A stretch of 64,000 bases of DNA from Verrucomicrobia bacterium UBA6176. GTDB taxonomy: Bacteria; Verrucomicrobiota; Verrucomicrobiia; Limisphaerales; UBA9464. The stretch lies in contig DITU01000103.1 of assembly GCA_002422905.1 (NCBI GenBank), positions 1,961-65,960 on the forward strand, in the 5' to 3' direction. Shown piece after piece: positions 38,641 through 47,631 of the stretch. The notes under the pieces were generated by a model. It was not told where the DNA came from, made no database searches, and saw only the letters and a program-made list of their open reading frames with translations. The number at the start of each line of letters is the position of its first letter. Position 1 is the first letter of the stretch. The translations under genes were made by a program, and so were the position numbers.

Positions 38641-40911
38641 ATGAGTTCACAGCGATTTATCCGGATATCGATATTGGCCACAGGCCTGTGGGTGGCGGTA
38701 CTTGCTCTGGGTGCTGGTCGTACGAACTCGGTGATCATCAGTCCCATATCGACCCCTGGATTCGGGTCGTCACTCGCTGGTGGCGATTTCAATGGTGACG
38801 GACGGGGTGACCTTATGATCGCCGAAACCGATCCAGAGGCATCGGGGGTCCAGCCGGGAACCTTGCGGCTGCATTTTGGGACATTTGAGGGGATTGAATC
38901 GGAGCCGGCCGTCACCCTTTCCGGACTGGTCTTCGACAGGATTCATCAACTTAAAGCCGAGCCCGGCAGCACGGATTTCGACGGGGACGGCTGTGCCGAC
39001 CTTGCGTTGACGAGTCGGCGATGGGTGTTGCCGGACGGAACGGTCACGACCCACCCAACGGCCGTCATACTTTCCGGACGCGCCCTGGCGGACGGACGGG
39101 TTGAGACGCTGTGGGTGGGTGAAGAGGTGGATTGGGCCGACTCGGGTCTTCCGTTTGCCCTGGGCGATCTCAACCACGACGGCTTGGCCGAGTTCGCTTT
39201 TGCGTATATCTCGGGAACGGATCGGTCCGAGGTGGTGATTGTTTGGGGCATTGAAGCCGGGTCGGGTGCGCCTCGCGTAATCCGGCTTGCGGGCGAATCG
39301 GGGCCCAGTTTTGGAAATGTTGTTGCCCCTTGGCCGGATCGGGATGGTGACGGGGTCAGGGATCTGGTCATTGGGGCTCCGAACACACGGACCCGGGTTC
39401 CTGGCGGGGGCGCAGTCGAGTTCTGGGCCTTGGATGCCGATCTTTCGGCACGACGCCTGCCTGAAACCCTGGAGACGCCGATGCCTCCTCTCCGACCACC
39501 GTCCGATCATCGGGAACAGTTGTTCGGAACGAGCATCGCCGTGTTGGAAGCGCACCGGGGAGCCCGGACTGCGACACTCCTTGCCGCATCCCCCTGGGCC
39601 GAGGATGGCGACGTGGATGAAGGCGTTGTCCGGGGCTTTCGTGCGGATGCACCGGGGCGTCTTCTCAGGGAGCGGTTTCTTCTGGAGGGTGACCGCGCCT
39701 ACGGACTCTTCGGTTTGCAATTGGATGTGGTGGGCGACATCAACGGCGACGGCCTGCCGGATGCGTTGATTGCGGCACCGGAGATGGAACATGGCCAGAT
39801 TCAGGAGGGGCTTGTGTTCCTTTTCGCGGGCAAAGTGGACGGAATCCGGACCAAACCGGTCTGGGCCTTCCAGGGCGAGTCCACCCGCGCCCGATTCGGA
39901 ACAAGCCTGGCTGCGTTGGGCGACGTCAATGGCGACAGCTATGCGGACTTCGCGGTGAGTGCTCCGGGTTATCGGGCCCCCGGGGGGCGCCTGGGTCAGG
40001 TTCAGGTGTTCTACGGTTCGCCCGAATGGCCGGTCAGCTTCGAGCCGATCCGCTGGGGCAAACCCAGGTCGCGTCGTCTCGCCGACTGGTGGTTGACCCG
40101 ATGGTGGTGGGAGCAGGCCGGACTGGCCTTTGTCGCGTTCGCCTTTGCAGTGGCATCGGGCGTGGTGGCGCAGCGTCAGTGGCAGAAACGAACCGTGGTG
40201 CTCGTGGAACGTCGGGACAGTCAGGCCAGAATCGAGGAACGCGAACGCCTCGCCCGGAATCTGCACGACGATGTCGGTCCCCACCTCAGCCGCATCCATG
40301 TCATCGCTGAACACTTGAACCGCGCGGGTGGCCCCAACGGTCCGGTCACCCGGGTTCAATCGGATCAGCTCTCCGCTACCGCCCGCGACCTTCGGGGTGC
40401 GCTTGAAGAGCTCGTCACCTCGCTTCGCAAGGGACCTGATTCGATGGAAGCCCTCATGGAAATCCTCAGCCGCCAGGCCGACGAATTCTTCTCGGGAACA
40501 GGTGTCCGTTGTCTCCAACGGATTCCCATCGGGCTCCCGACCTGTTCCGTGCCCGAATCCATCCGATCCGAACTCGTCCCCTGTGTGCGTGAAGCCTTGA
40601 ACAACGTGCTGCGCCATTCGAAAGCCCGCGAAGTCTGGGTTCGGATCACCTGGGACGCACCTCGGCTCTCGGTCTGCATCGAGGACGATGGCGTTGGATT
40701 CCGGGAATCGAAGATCCGACCCGGGAACGGTCTCGCCAATCTCCGCGCCCGGATGCACGCCGTGAATGGGGTGTGCGCCATTGAAACCGCGCCAGGCAGG
40801 GGATGCCGTGTCCAGTTCCAGGTGGAACTGCCCGTCGAAGCTGGCCCAGTCCCCGAAGCTGGGATAGAGCGTCCGTCAATCCCCGTATCCGACACCCAGG
40901 TTCCCTCATGA
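38641..40911 (+). CDS. Sensor histidine kinase (HisKA_3/NarX type) with an extracytoplasmic FG-GAP/integrin-alpha-like propeller domain
   Basis: ATG 38641 (MSSQRFIRISILATGLWVAVLALGA). Six Ca-binding-like FG-GAP motifs: GDFNGDGRGDL, TDFDGDGCADL, GDLNHDGLAEF, PDRDGDGVRDL, GDINGDGLPDA and GDVNGDSYADF. TM helix AGLAFVAFAFAVASGVV. H-box ERERLARNLHDDVGPHL, N-box EALNNVLRHS, G-boxes EDDGVGF and GNGLANL. Confidence 0.85.
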   Translation: MSSQRFIRISILATGLWVAVLALGAGRTNSVIISPISTPGFGSSLAGGDFNGDGRGDLMIAETDPEASGVQPGTLRLHFGTFEGIESEPAVTLSGLVFDRIHQLKAEPGSTDFDGDGCADLALTSRRWVLPDGTVTTHPTAVILSGRALADGRVETLWVGEEVDWADSGLPFALGDLNHDGLAEFAFAYISGTDRSEVVIVWGIEAGSGAPRVIRLAGESGPSFGNVVAPWPDRDGDGVRDLVIGAPNTRTRVPGGGAVEFWALDADLSARRLPETLETPMPPLRPPSDHREQLFGTSIAVLEAHRGARTATLLAASPWAEDGDVDEGVVRGFRADAPGRLLRERFLLEGDRAYGLFGLQLDVVGDINGDGLPDALIAAPEMEHGQIQEGLVFLFAGKVDGIRTKPVWAFQGESTRARFGTSLAALGDVNGDSYADFAVSAPGYRAPGGRLGQVQVFYGSPEWPVSFEPIRWGKPRSRRLADWWLTRWWWEQAGLAFVAFAFAVASGVVAQRQWQKRTVVLVERRDSQARIEERERLARNLHDDVGPHLSRIHVIAEHLNRAGGPNGPVTRVQSDQLSATARDLRGALEELVTSLRKGPDSMEALMEILSRQADEFFSGTGVRCLQRIPIGLPTCSVPESIRSELVPCVREALNNVLRHSKAREVWVRITWDAPRLSVCIEDDGVGFRESKIRPGNGLANLRARMHAVNGVCAIETAPGRGCRVQFQVELPVEAGPVPEAGIERPSIPVSDTQVPS

Positions 40912-41561
40912 AATCGCCCCAGTCCGAGCCAGTCTCCGTCCTGTTGGTCGAAGACGACCCAGCCGATGCCGCACGCATCGAGCAGGAGATCAATCGGAGT
41001 CCTTCCTTCCGTTGCATTGCACGGGCTGCCGATGTCGAAGAAGCGATGCGCCTGACCCGACAGCATCGTCCGGGCATTGTTCTCCATGATCTTCATCTCC
41101 AGGGCCGGTTTCGTCCCGACGGCATTGCCGCGATCCGGGAATTGCTTCCCGAGATCGTGGTGTTGGTGCTGTCCCATTATGAGGACACGGAACTGATCTT
41201 TGAATCGCTGCGTCACGGGGCGGACGGCTACGTGCTGAAGAGCGATGCAAGACACCCGGTTGTCGAAGCCCTCGCGGAAGCCATCTCGGGCGACGCTCCC
41301 TTGAGCCGCAGTGTGGCCCGACGCATCCTCACCCATTTCCGTAAGCCATCGGTTCGGTCCGTCGGATCAACCCCGGCATTGTCACCCCGACAACGGGAGG
41401 TCGTGGACTTCATCTGCGAAGGCTGGACCAACAAGGAGATCGCCGGCCGGATGAACATCAGCAGCGATGCCGTGAAACAGCACATTGCGGCGGTGAAACG
41501 GAAGCTGCGGGTCCGAAGCCGAACGCAGATCTCAGGTTGGTTTGGCCGGGGAGGATCTTGA
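40908..41561 (+). CDS. Response regulator, REC + LuxR/NarL HTH
   Basis: VLLVEDDPADA, acceptor region IVLHDLHL, and HTH LSPRQREVVDFICEGWTNKEIAGRMNISSDAVKQHI. ATGA overlap with the kinase stop at 40908-40911. Confidence 0.85.
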   Translation: MKSPQSEPVSVLLVEDDPADAARIEQEINRSPSFRCIARAADVEEAMRLTRQHRPGIVLHDLHLQGRFRPDGIAAIRELLPEIVVLVLSHYEDTELIFESLRHGADGYVLKSDARHPVVEALAEAISGDAPLSRSVARRILTHFRKPSVRSVGSTPALSPRQREVVDFICEGWTNKEIAGRMNISSDAVKQHIAAVKRKLRVRSRTQISGWFGRGGS

Positions 41562-41571
41562 ACCGCCCGTG

Positions 41572-41595
41572 GGGGTGAACGCTGCCGGTCACCCC
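41572..41595 (+). terminator. Hairpin after the response-regulator gene
   Basis: GGGGTGA-acgctgccgg-TCACCCC, a 7-bp stem starting 11 nt after the stop. GC content starts to fall immediately downstream. Confidence 0.4.
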
Positions 41596-42092
41596 GATCC
41601 CGCCGAACCGTGTGGGTTGGGAAGGGGAAATACCTGAATCACCGGGCCATCCTCCTGGCGTCTGATCCCGATGCATGGATTCGGACAAAATTCCCAAAGA
41701 ACTTCAGTAAGGACATCGCCCGGCAGGCGTGTGATCCCGTGAATGCACTTCACGGTGCCACTTCGTGTCAGTCGACCCGATCCCGGGGAAACCCGCCGGA
41801 AAGCAGCAATGTCAGGCAATCAAACACAAACTCAAGGTCCGCAGCCGCACCCAGATCCCGGGCCGGCATGGGAGGGAAGGGGAATGATGAGGGTGTCAGG
41901 GCAATTGGATCGACCGTGAAGTGGACCGGATGACGGATACATCCCCTTCTGGGGAGGTGGACGGATCCAAAGAAGCTCTGTGATGATGAGCGAGAAGTAC
42001 TCGTCCCCCCCTCCTTGCAACGAGCCCAAAGTCTACTAAACACTCCGAAAGGGCGCGCTCCAGAAAACCAGGCCAAAATCCGCAAAGAAATA

Positions 42093-42854
42093 ATGCAATC
42101 ATCTTTGTGTAGCCAAAGCACCAACCCGGTTACCATGCCCTCACCATCACCATTCCAACTCCACAAATTCCTCGTTATGATTGTCGATGGTGACATCGCC
42201 GCGTCTCAACGCCTCGCCGACGAGATCCGTAATGACGCCAGGTTCATTCTTCTGCCACCACAAACTAATGCCAAAAAGGCCTTGATGCTTGGTCGGCGAG
42301 AGCGGCCTGCCGTGATCATCCAAGATTTGTACCCAGATGGCAGCATTTCGATGGATACCATGGCCAAGTTCAGGCAACTCCTTCCTCACGCGAAAATACT
42401 TATCCGCACCGACTGCCAACAGATAGAACCACTACTCATGGCATTGCGCCTTGGATGTGATGGAATTCTCCTCAAGCAGGATCAATCGACGAGAATGACT
42501 GATGCTCTGGCGTGTCTCTTGGATGGCCAGATACAGCTCAGTGTGGAGGTCATCCGATTGATTCATCGCCATATCCGCAATTCTTTCATACTTGTGGGCA
42601 ACGACCGTATGACAGAGCGGCAGCGCCTTGTGTTGCAAATGGTAGCAGACGGAAAAATGGACAAGGAGATAGCGAACGTCTTGCGACTCAGCGTTGACCG
42701 AATAAAAAAGCACATTGCTGAGCTGAAGACCATTCTCGGCGCAACAACTCGAACAGATCTTGCGCGCAGGACAATCCCACAAACGCACACCGATCAATGT
42801 CAGCTGAACCAAAATTTACACCAAAGTGCAATCGATTCCAATGTCCACTCCTGA
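42093..42854 (+). CDS. REC-like + LuxR-type HTH regulator (low-GC island)
   Basis: REC-like stretch FLVMIVDGDIAASQRL...AVIIQDLYPDG...ILIRTD...GCDGILLKQ. HTH reads MTERQRLVLQMVADGKMDKEIANVLRLSVDRIKKHI. Possible starts at 42015 (TTG), 42093 (ATG) or 42135 (ATG). Confidence 0.7.
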   Translation: MQSSLCSQSTNPVTMPSPSPFQLHKFLVMIVDGDIAASQRLADEIRNDARFILLPPQTNAKKALMLGRRERPAVIIQDLYPDGSISMDTMAKFRQLLPHAKILIRTDCQQIEPLLMALRLGCDGILLKQDQSTRMTDALACLLDGQIQLSVEVIRLIHRHIRNSFILVGNDRMTERQRLVLQMVADGKMDKEIANVLRLSVDRIKKHIAELKTILGATTRTDLARRTIPQTHTDQCQLNQNLHQSAIDSNVHS

Positions 42855-42866
42855 TTGAATTCAAGT

Positions 42867-43316
42867 ATGCGCAAAACCTTACTTACCCTAACAATGCTGG
42901 TGGGACTACAGTTCGTATCCCGTGCTGACCTTGTTATTGCCTACTCAGCGGCACGAATTGCTGTATGGCCTGCAACTGCGGATGGGGCTCAGTGGACAAG
43001 AATGGAAGCGAATGCTCTCCGAAAGATCAAAATGAGGCGACAAGACGTCTCCGCGGGCCGGGCGGGTATATATCGCGTGAAAACAAACAGTCGAATGGTG
43101 AAGAAATGGATCGGAGTAGCGCTACTTGAAAAGCCGGGTGGTGGGGGCGTTCAACTCCGCATCGCCGGAAGAGAATACCCCAACTTCGGAATCGGTATTC
43201 CCCACCTTACTCGGACAAATGCCCGACAGGCTGTAAACCGGAAGGTTAGTGGCATGGCATACCGCCGCATCATACGAATTGATGGCTTTGTTGACTATGG
43301 ATATAGGGCACGATGA
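42867..43316 (+). CDS. Small basic secreted protein (hypothetical)
   Basis: MRKTLLTLTMLVGLQFVSRA is a signal peptide. The protein is K/R-rich and about 149 aa. Its stop overlaps the start of the large repeat protein (ATGA at 43313-43316). Confidence 0.55.
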   Translation: MRKTLLTLTMLVGLQFVSRADLVIAYSAARIAVWPATADGAQWTRMEANALRKIKMRRQDVSAGRAGIYRVKTNSRMVKKWIGVALLEKPGGGGVQLRIAGREYPNFGIGIPHLTRTNARQAVNRKVSGMAYRRIIRIDGFVDYGYRAR

Positions 43317-46300
43317 CTGGCTGGATTGCGGAACGTTCCAGCGTCGCCAGTCTACTAATAGTTATTATGCAGCCTCTTGATTACTATATAACCAAGCTAC
43401 TGGTAAGGCTGATTATCACCGCGTTGATGGTATCCAATGTCATCAAGGCTGATGTGTCGATAACTCGCCTGCCCAGCAACCTCATTCGCTTGACATTGAC
43501 GGCTTCACCTCAAACACCGGTCACCCTGCTGGAGACATCTGATTTGGTGAATTGGACAACCAACAGTCTGACTTCAGTGCCAACCTCCGGAATGCTCAGC
43601 ATTGAGTTGCCAACTTCTGGCCAATTGAAGTTCTTCCGGGTCGATGGTGGAAATACTGGACCTATTGGCGTTGTGGTGGCAAAGGCGTCGGGATTCGGGG
43701 CGGCGGACATTGTATGGACTCGCGATGCCCTCGGATGGGCTGGAATCAGCATCTACAGAATGGACCTATCCAAGCCAGAGAACGTCCCTGAGCTGATTGG
43801 AGATAGCGATTCCGAAGCGCTTGAATTTACGGATGAGAACGTTCCACTTGGAACATTCAAGTATCTCGTCAGTGCCTTTAGCGTCATAGGGAATGAGGAG
43901 TTGAATTCGGCAAGCATTCCGTCGAACCCGATTCAAGTGGACGGTCTTCCCACGCTAGGAGTTGCAAATTCGGTTTCTGCCACCAACTCGGCGTTTGGGG
44001 AAGTCCGGGTGATATGGAACTATGAGGGGCCCAGTGTTGATGGCTTCAAGATATACAGGGGTCAGGTCGATCCAACGGTGTCAGAACCAGACGACGCCCT
44101 GACAGTCTTCGACGAGATTGGCATCACCGATTCCATTGACCGGGTCTTCATCGATGAGGATTTGGTGGCGGGAAGGTACTTCTACGCCGTCGCAACCTTC
44201 CGGGGTGAAGATGATGCTGAAGAGGAAGGAGAATATGCAATTTCGTCATGGCTGACGGTTAACGGAATGTCTCCTATCTTCCCACCGTGGGAGGTTCGTG
44301 CCCAGGCAGTGGGGTTTGGTACAGTGGAAATCAAGTGGGAAGACACCAATTCTGGTAGAACCGCTTATAATGTGTATCGGCTAAGGGTTTTGAGGGTCGA
44401 GGAACCTTTGCTGGAGGAAGGCGATGATGAGGAAAGCGAAGACATTTCTTCACTCTGGGACGAAGTTGTGAATGTTGGCGAGACGGATAGAGGCAAGAAG
44501 GAGTTCATTGACCGAATGGTGCCTCGTGGCAACTACCAGTATCTGGTGGCTCCAGTTCTTACAGAGGGAGACGAGTCAGTGGAAGGAGAGCACGAGTTTT
44601 CCAATGCTGTCATGGTTAATGGTCGACCAGTCCTGACACCTCCCAACGGTGTAATTGCAACAAATTTCGGGTTTGGGAGGGTTAGGATAACTTGGGAAGA
44701 TAGTGCTGAGGACGAAGAAGGCTTCAGGGTGTATCGCGTGTCGTTAGACTTCTCTAGTAATGACTACATAGAAGATGAAGATGAGGATGAGGATGTTGCC
44801 TTAGAGCTGTTTGAAGCAGGCGTTGTAGGTTCCAATCAAACGGTATTCGAGGACGCCAACGTTCCAGAGGGCAGCTATCGCTACCTGGTAACGGCATTCA
44901 GGTCTGTTGAGGATGAGGAGGAAGAAAGTGATTTTGGTGAGTCCGAGGATTTGGCGGTAATGGGTTTGCCACGACCCGCCAGGCCTGTGGTGCTTCTGTC
45001 GGGCTTAGGAACAGATGATCTTATGCCACTCCATCGATGGCAGTCGTTGCCTGGGGCGGATCGCATTGAGTTAGAGGTGGCGGTGCTCCGTGAGGATGGT
45101 TATGCAACCATTGAAGAGCGCAGGATCGTTCTGGCGGGTAATGCTACGTCCTACAAGACGTCTCGTGCCTATACACGCCCCCCAAGAACTCTTCGGTGGA
45201 GAATTCGAGGTCACAATCGAGCCGGGGCGGGGCAATGGTCTGAATGGGCTGATCTTTTCTTGGTTGTCGCACCGACAACGAGGGATTGTGGAATTAGTTC
45301 TCCGAATCTGTCTCCAACTCATCGCTGGGACCCAATACCGGACGCCAGACTGATTGAATTTGAGGTTCAGGTCCTGCGGAATGGAGTCTGGGACACTGTG
45401 GAATCTCGCAGGCGGGTAGATATTCCCGGATCGAGTACCGAGTACAGAGAGCCGCCTTACACAAATCCGCCCCGGAGCCTGCGTTGGCGTGTCCGTGGTG
45501 TCTATGTGCATGGGTCTAGTCCTTGGAGTGATTGGTGTGGTTACGACCTTCTGATTGATGTGCCAGCCAAGCCGATCTTGCTCGGGTGTGGGCAGACGAC
45601 TGATGATCTGACACCGCTTCACCGATGGGAGCCGGTGGCAAGGGCTGAGAGCATCGAGTTTGAGGTGGCAGTGCTTAGACATGAAGGCTGGGTTTCCATT
45701 GAGGAACGTCGGACTAATTTGCTAGGGAGCGCGGTCTCGTTCCAGACAAGCAGGGCGTACACATCTCCGCCGAGGGTGCTGCGGTGGAGGATCAGAGGTC
45801 TCAATACCACGGGTCGTGGTGATTGGTCGGATTGGTGCGATCTCAACCTGGTTCTGCAGCCGCCGGTCACCTTGGACTGTGGGCGAACCTCAACAAGCAT
45901 GACGCCGACCTATCGATGGCAACAGATAAAGGATGCAAACCTTGTGGAGTTTGAGGTCCAGGTGCTCAGTCAAGGAGTATGGTTGACGATTGATTCAAGG
46001 AGCAGGGCAGATATCTCTGGAGCGGCTACGTCGTACACAGAGTCTGTCGCCTACACCAGACCTCCACGGAGCCTCCGGTGGAGAGTACGTGGAAGGTTCT
46101 CTTGGGGGAATGGTCCGTGGTCAAATTGGTGTGGTCTGGAGTTGGCTTTGCAACCGCCAGTTACTTCGGATTGTGGGAAGACATCGTCTGATGCAACCCC
46201 TACCCATCGCTGGCAGAGGATTCCCGAAGCAAGCTTCGTGGAGTTTGAAGTTCAAGTGTTGAGTCAGGGGGTATGGTCAACAATCGAGTCTAGAAGCAGA

Positions 46301-46447
46301 ACGGACATTTCAGGGTCGGCAACGTCCTACACAGAGTCGGTTGCTTACACTAGGCCTCCACGGAGTCTTAGGTGGAGGGTGCGCGGAAGATTCTCCTGGG
46401 GTTCGGGTCCTTGGTCGGATTGGTGCGAATATAATCTGATTCAGTAG
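43313..46447 (+). CDS. Large acidic secreted/surface repeat protein: N-terminal beta-sandwich-like domain, four FN3-like modules and five Cys-clamped ~98-aa modules
   Basis: 1044-aa ORF in the low-GC region. The N-terminal hydrophobic segment is followed by ...LLETSDLVNWTT...GQLKFFRVDG. Four modules follow the pattern GFG..V.W....GF.IYR, with D/E-rich inserts. Five repeats carry TP.HRW, EFEVQVL, LRWRVRG and WS.WC. Confidence 0.8.
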   Translation: MTGWIAERSSVASLLIVIMQPLDYYITKLLVRLIITALMVSNVIKADVSITRLPSNLIRLTLTASPQTPVTLLETSDLVNWTTNSLTSVPTSGMLSIELPTSGQLKFFRVDGGNTGPIGVVVAKASGFGAADIVWTRDALGWAGISIYRMDLSKPENVPELIGDSDSEALEFTDENVPLGTFKYLVSAFSVIGNEELNSASIPSNPIQVDGLPTLGVANSVSATNSAFGEVRVIWNYEGPSVDGFKIYRGQVDPTVSEPDDALTVFDEIGITDSIDRVFIDEDLVAGRYFYAVATFRGEDDAEEEGEYAISSWLTVNGMSPIFPPWEVRAQAVGFGTVEIKWEDTNSGRTAYNVYRLRVLRVEEPLLEEGDDEESEDISSLWDEVVNVGETDRGKKEFIDRMVPRGNYQYLVAPVLTEGDESVEGEHEFSNAVMVNGRPVLTPPNGVIATNFGFGRVRITWEDSAEDEEGFRVYRVSLDFSSNDYIEDEDEDEDVALELFEAGVVGSNQTVFEDANVPEGSYRYLVTAFRSVEDEEEESDFGESEDLAVMGLPRPARPVVLLSGLGTDDLMPLHRWQSLPGADRIELEVAVLREDGYATIEERRIVLAGNATSYKTSRAYTRPPRTLRWRIRGHNRAGAGQWSEWADLFLVVAPTTRDCGISSPNLSPTHRWDPIPDARLIEFEVQVLRNGVWDTVESRRRVDIPGSSTEYREPPYTNPPRSLRWRVRGVYVHGSSPWSDWCGYDLLIDVPAKPILLGCGQTTDDLTPLHRWEPVARAESIEFEVAVLRHEGWVSIEERRTNLLGSAVSFQTSRAYTSPPRVLRWRIRGLNTTGRGDWSDWCDLNLVLQPPVTLDCGRTSTSMTPTYRWQQIKDANLVEFEVQVLSQGVWLTIDSRSRADISGAATSYTESVAYTRPPRSLRWRVRGRFSWGNGPWSNWCGLELALQPPVTSDCGKTSSDATPTHRWQRIPEASFVEFEVQVLSQGVWSTIESRSRTDISGSATSYTESVAYTRPPRSLRWRVRGRFSWGSGPWSDWCEYNLIQ
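44975..46444 (+). repeat. Intragenic tandem array of five 97-99-aa modules (R1 44975-45268, R2 45269-45559, R3 45560-45856, R4 45857-46150, R5 46151-46444)
   Basis: There are two subtypes in the order A-B-A-B-B. R2-R5 each have one Cys near the start (DCG/GCG) and one near the end (WS.WC). R1 has Ser/Ala at both positions. Confidence 0.85.
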
Positions 46448-47167
46448 AAGACTCTTTTGGAATTGCATAAGGGAGGGTGTTGCCCTAGAAAGTTCAGATT
46501 GGTTTGTAATATAATGTGTGAGGTATGCCATCAGATAGAGTTTGAAGGAGATGAAAAGACCAAATCCGACCCAAACTCCGGGTGATGCAGGAAGGTGCCG
46601 GTCGGCGTTGTATCAAGGGGAGGTTAGAAGATATAGCGCGACATCCTTTGTGTTCTGTGGGCCTCGATTTCTCTTGGAGGCTTCAGTACTTGTCGTATTC
46701 TTGTAGCGAATGTTGAAGTTGGGAGGGCGCAACGGAATCCTTTGCAGGTGGAATCTGACAAGAGTGGAGGTGTGCGAATCCGAATCAACCCGTTGAGGAT
46801 CTTTGAACGCAATACGTCAGAGGGAGACGATGTGCGTAGCAACTCAATCGGTAAGGTGGGAGTTTGGTCTCGGCGTGGAGATGGCGCTTTGAACATGCGC
46901 TTTGAGAGTGAGGGTCCATGGACCCAGGGAAGGGTTGGTGATCCACTTTTAGCTGCGGCAATGAAGATCATGAACCCTGGTATAAACACTACTGCCAATC
47001 CCACTGGGTTTCGGGACCTCTTGGCGTACGCGTTGAATATCGACGTGGTCAATGATGGGTCAATGGAGCGCTTGGTCATTCGTACGCCAGAGTATATTGA
47101 TTGCAGGGGGGCAATGGGGCAGTCCCATATGTTTGACAATTTACCGCCGACGCTCACCCATCGCCCG

Positions 47168-47606
47168 ATGGCACGACCGCTTCGCATCCACGCTGTCGAT
47201 GGTTGGTATCCTGTGATGAGCCGTGGGAACGGGGGGACGACGATCGCCAGGCGTTCCTCGGGTTGGCTTCGGAACTTCCGGAGCGTTATGGGACCGAAGT
47301 TCACGCCGTTGTCCTGACGGAGCACCGTGCGACTTGCTGGGGCAGTCCGGGTGAATCGACCTCAGCGAGACGTTGCGGTGGCTGCAGACGAGATGCTCCG
47401 TGCGGTTCGATCAGGGGCACCGGCGACGGAGGCCCCGCTTCCAAAGGGGGAGCAAGCAGGTGCTGATTCGGGATGATTCCCGGTTGGTGAACGTGGCGGA
47501 GCCTGGGCGCGCGAGTACAGAACGGGATTGCTCGTTGAATCCGGTCCACTTGGTCGGGGCTCCGAACGCGGATTGCAACCAGGTCGGGCTGGGCAGGGGA
47601 TGCTAA
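47168..47606 (+). pseudogene. Degraded RayT/IS200-like (Y1, HUH) transposase gene
   Basis: The family signature is spread over three frames. MARPLRIHAVDGWYPVMSRGNGG starts at ATG 47168. Then DDDRQAFLGLASELPERYGTEVHAVVL. Then LSETLRWLQTRCSVRFDQGHRRRR.RFQRGSKQVLIRDDSRLVNVAE...SLNPV, with an in-frame TGA. The HUH and catalytic Tyr regions are not intact. Confidence 0.7.
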
Positions 47607-47631
47607 CAGTGGAACCGCCCGGATCCACCCT

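Noticed and set aside
41610-42196. ORFs 41610..41933 (+) and 41768..42196 (-) in the gap before the island regulator
   Set aside because: The two ORFs overlap each other. They have no signal, TM or domain motifs, and their composition is atypical of either the host or the island genes. Treated as non-coding.
46624-47325. 233-aa minus-strand ORF
   Set aside because: Its first ~50 codons are antisense to the recognisable RayT-like N-terminus, and the rest has no motif I recognise. It is kept as an open question in the findings but not called as a gene.
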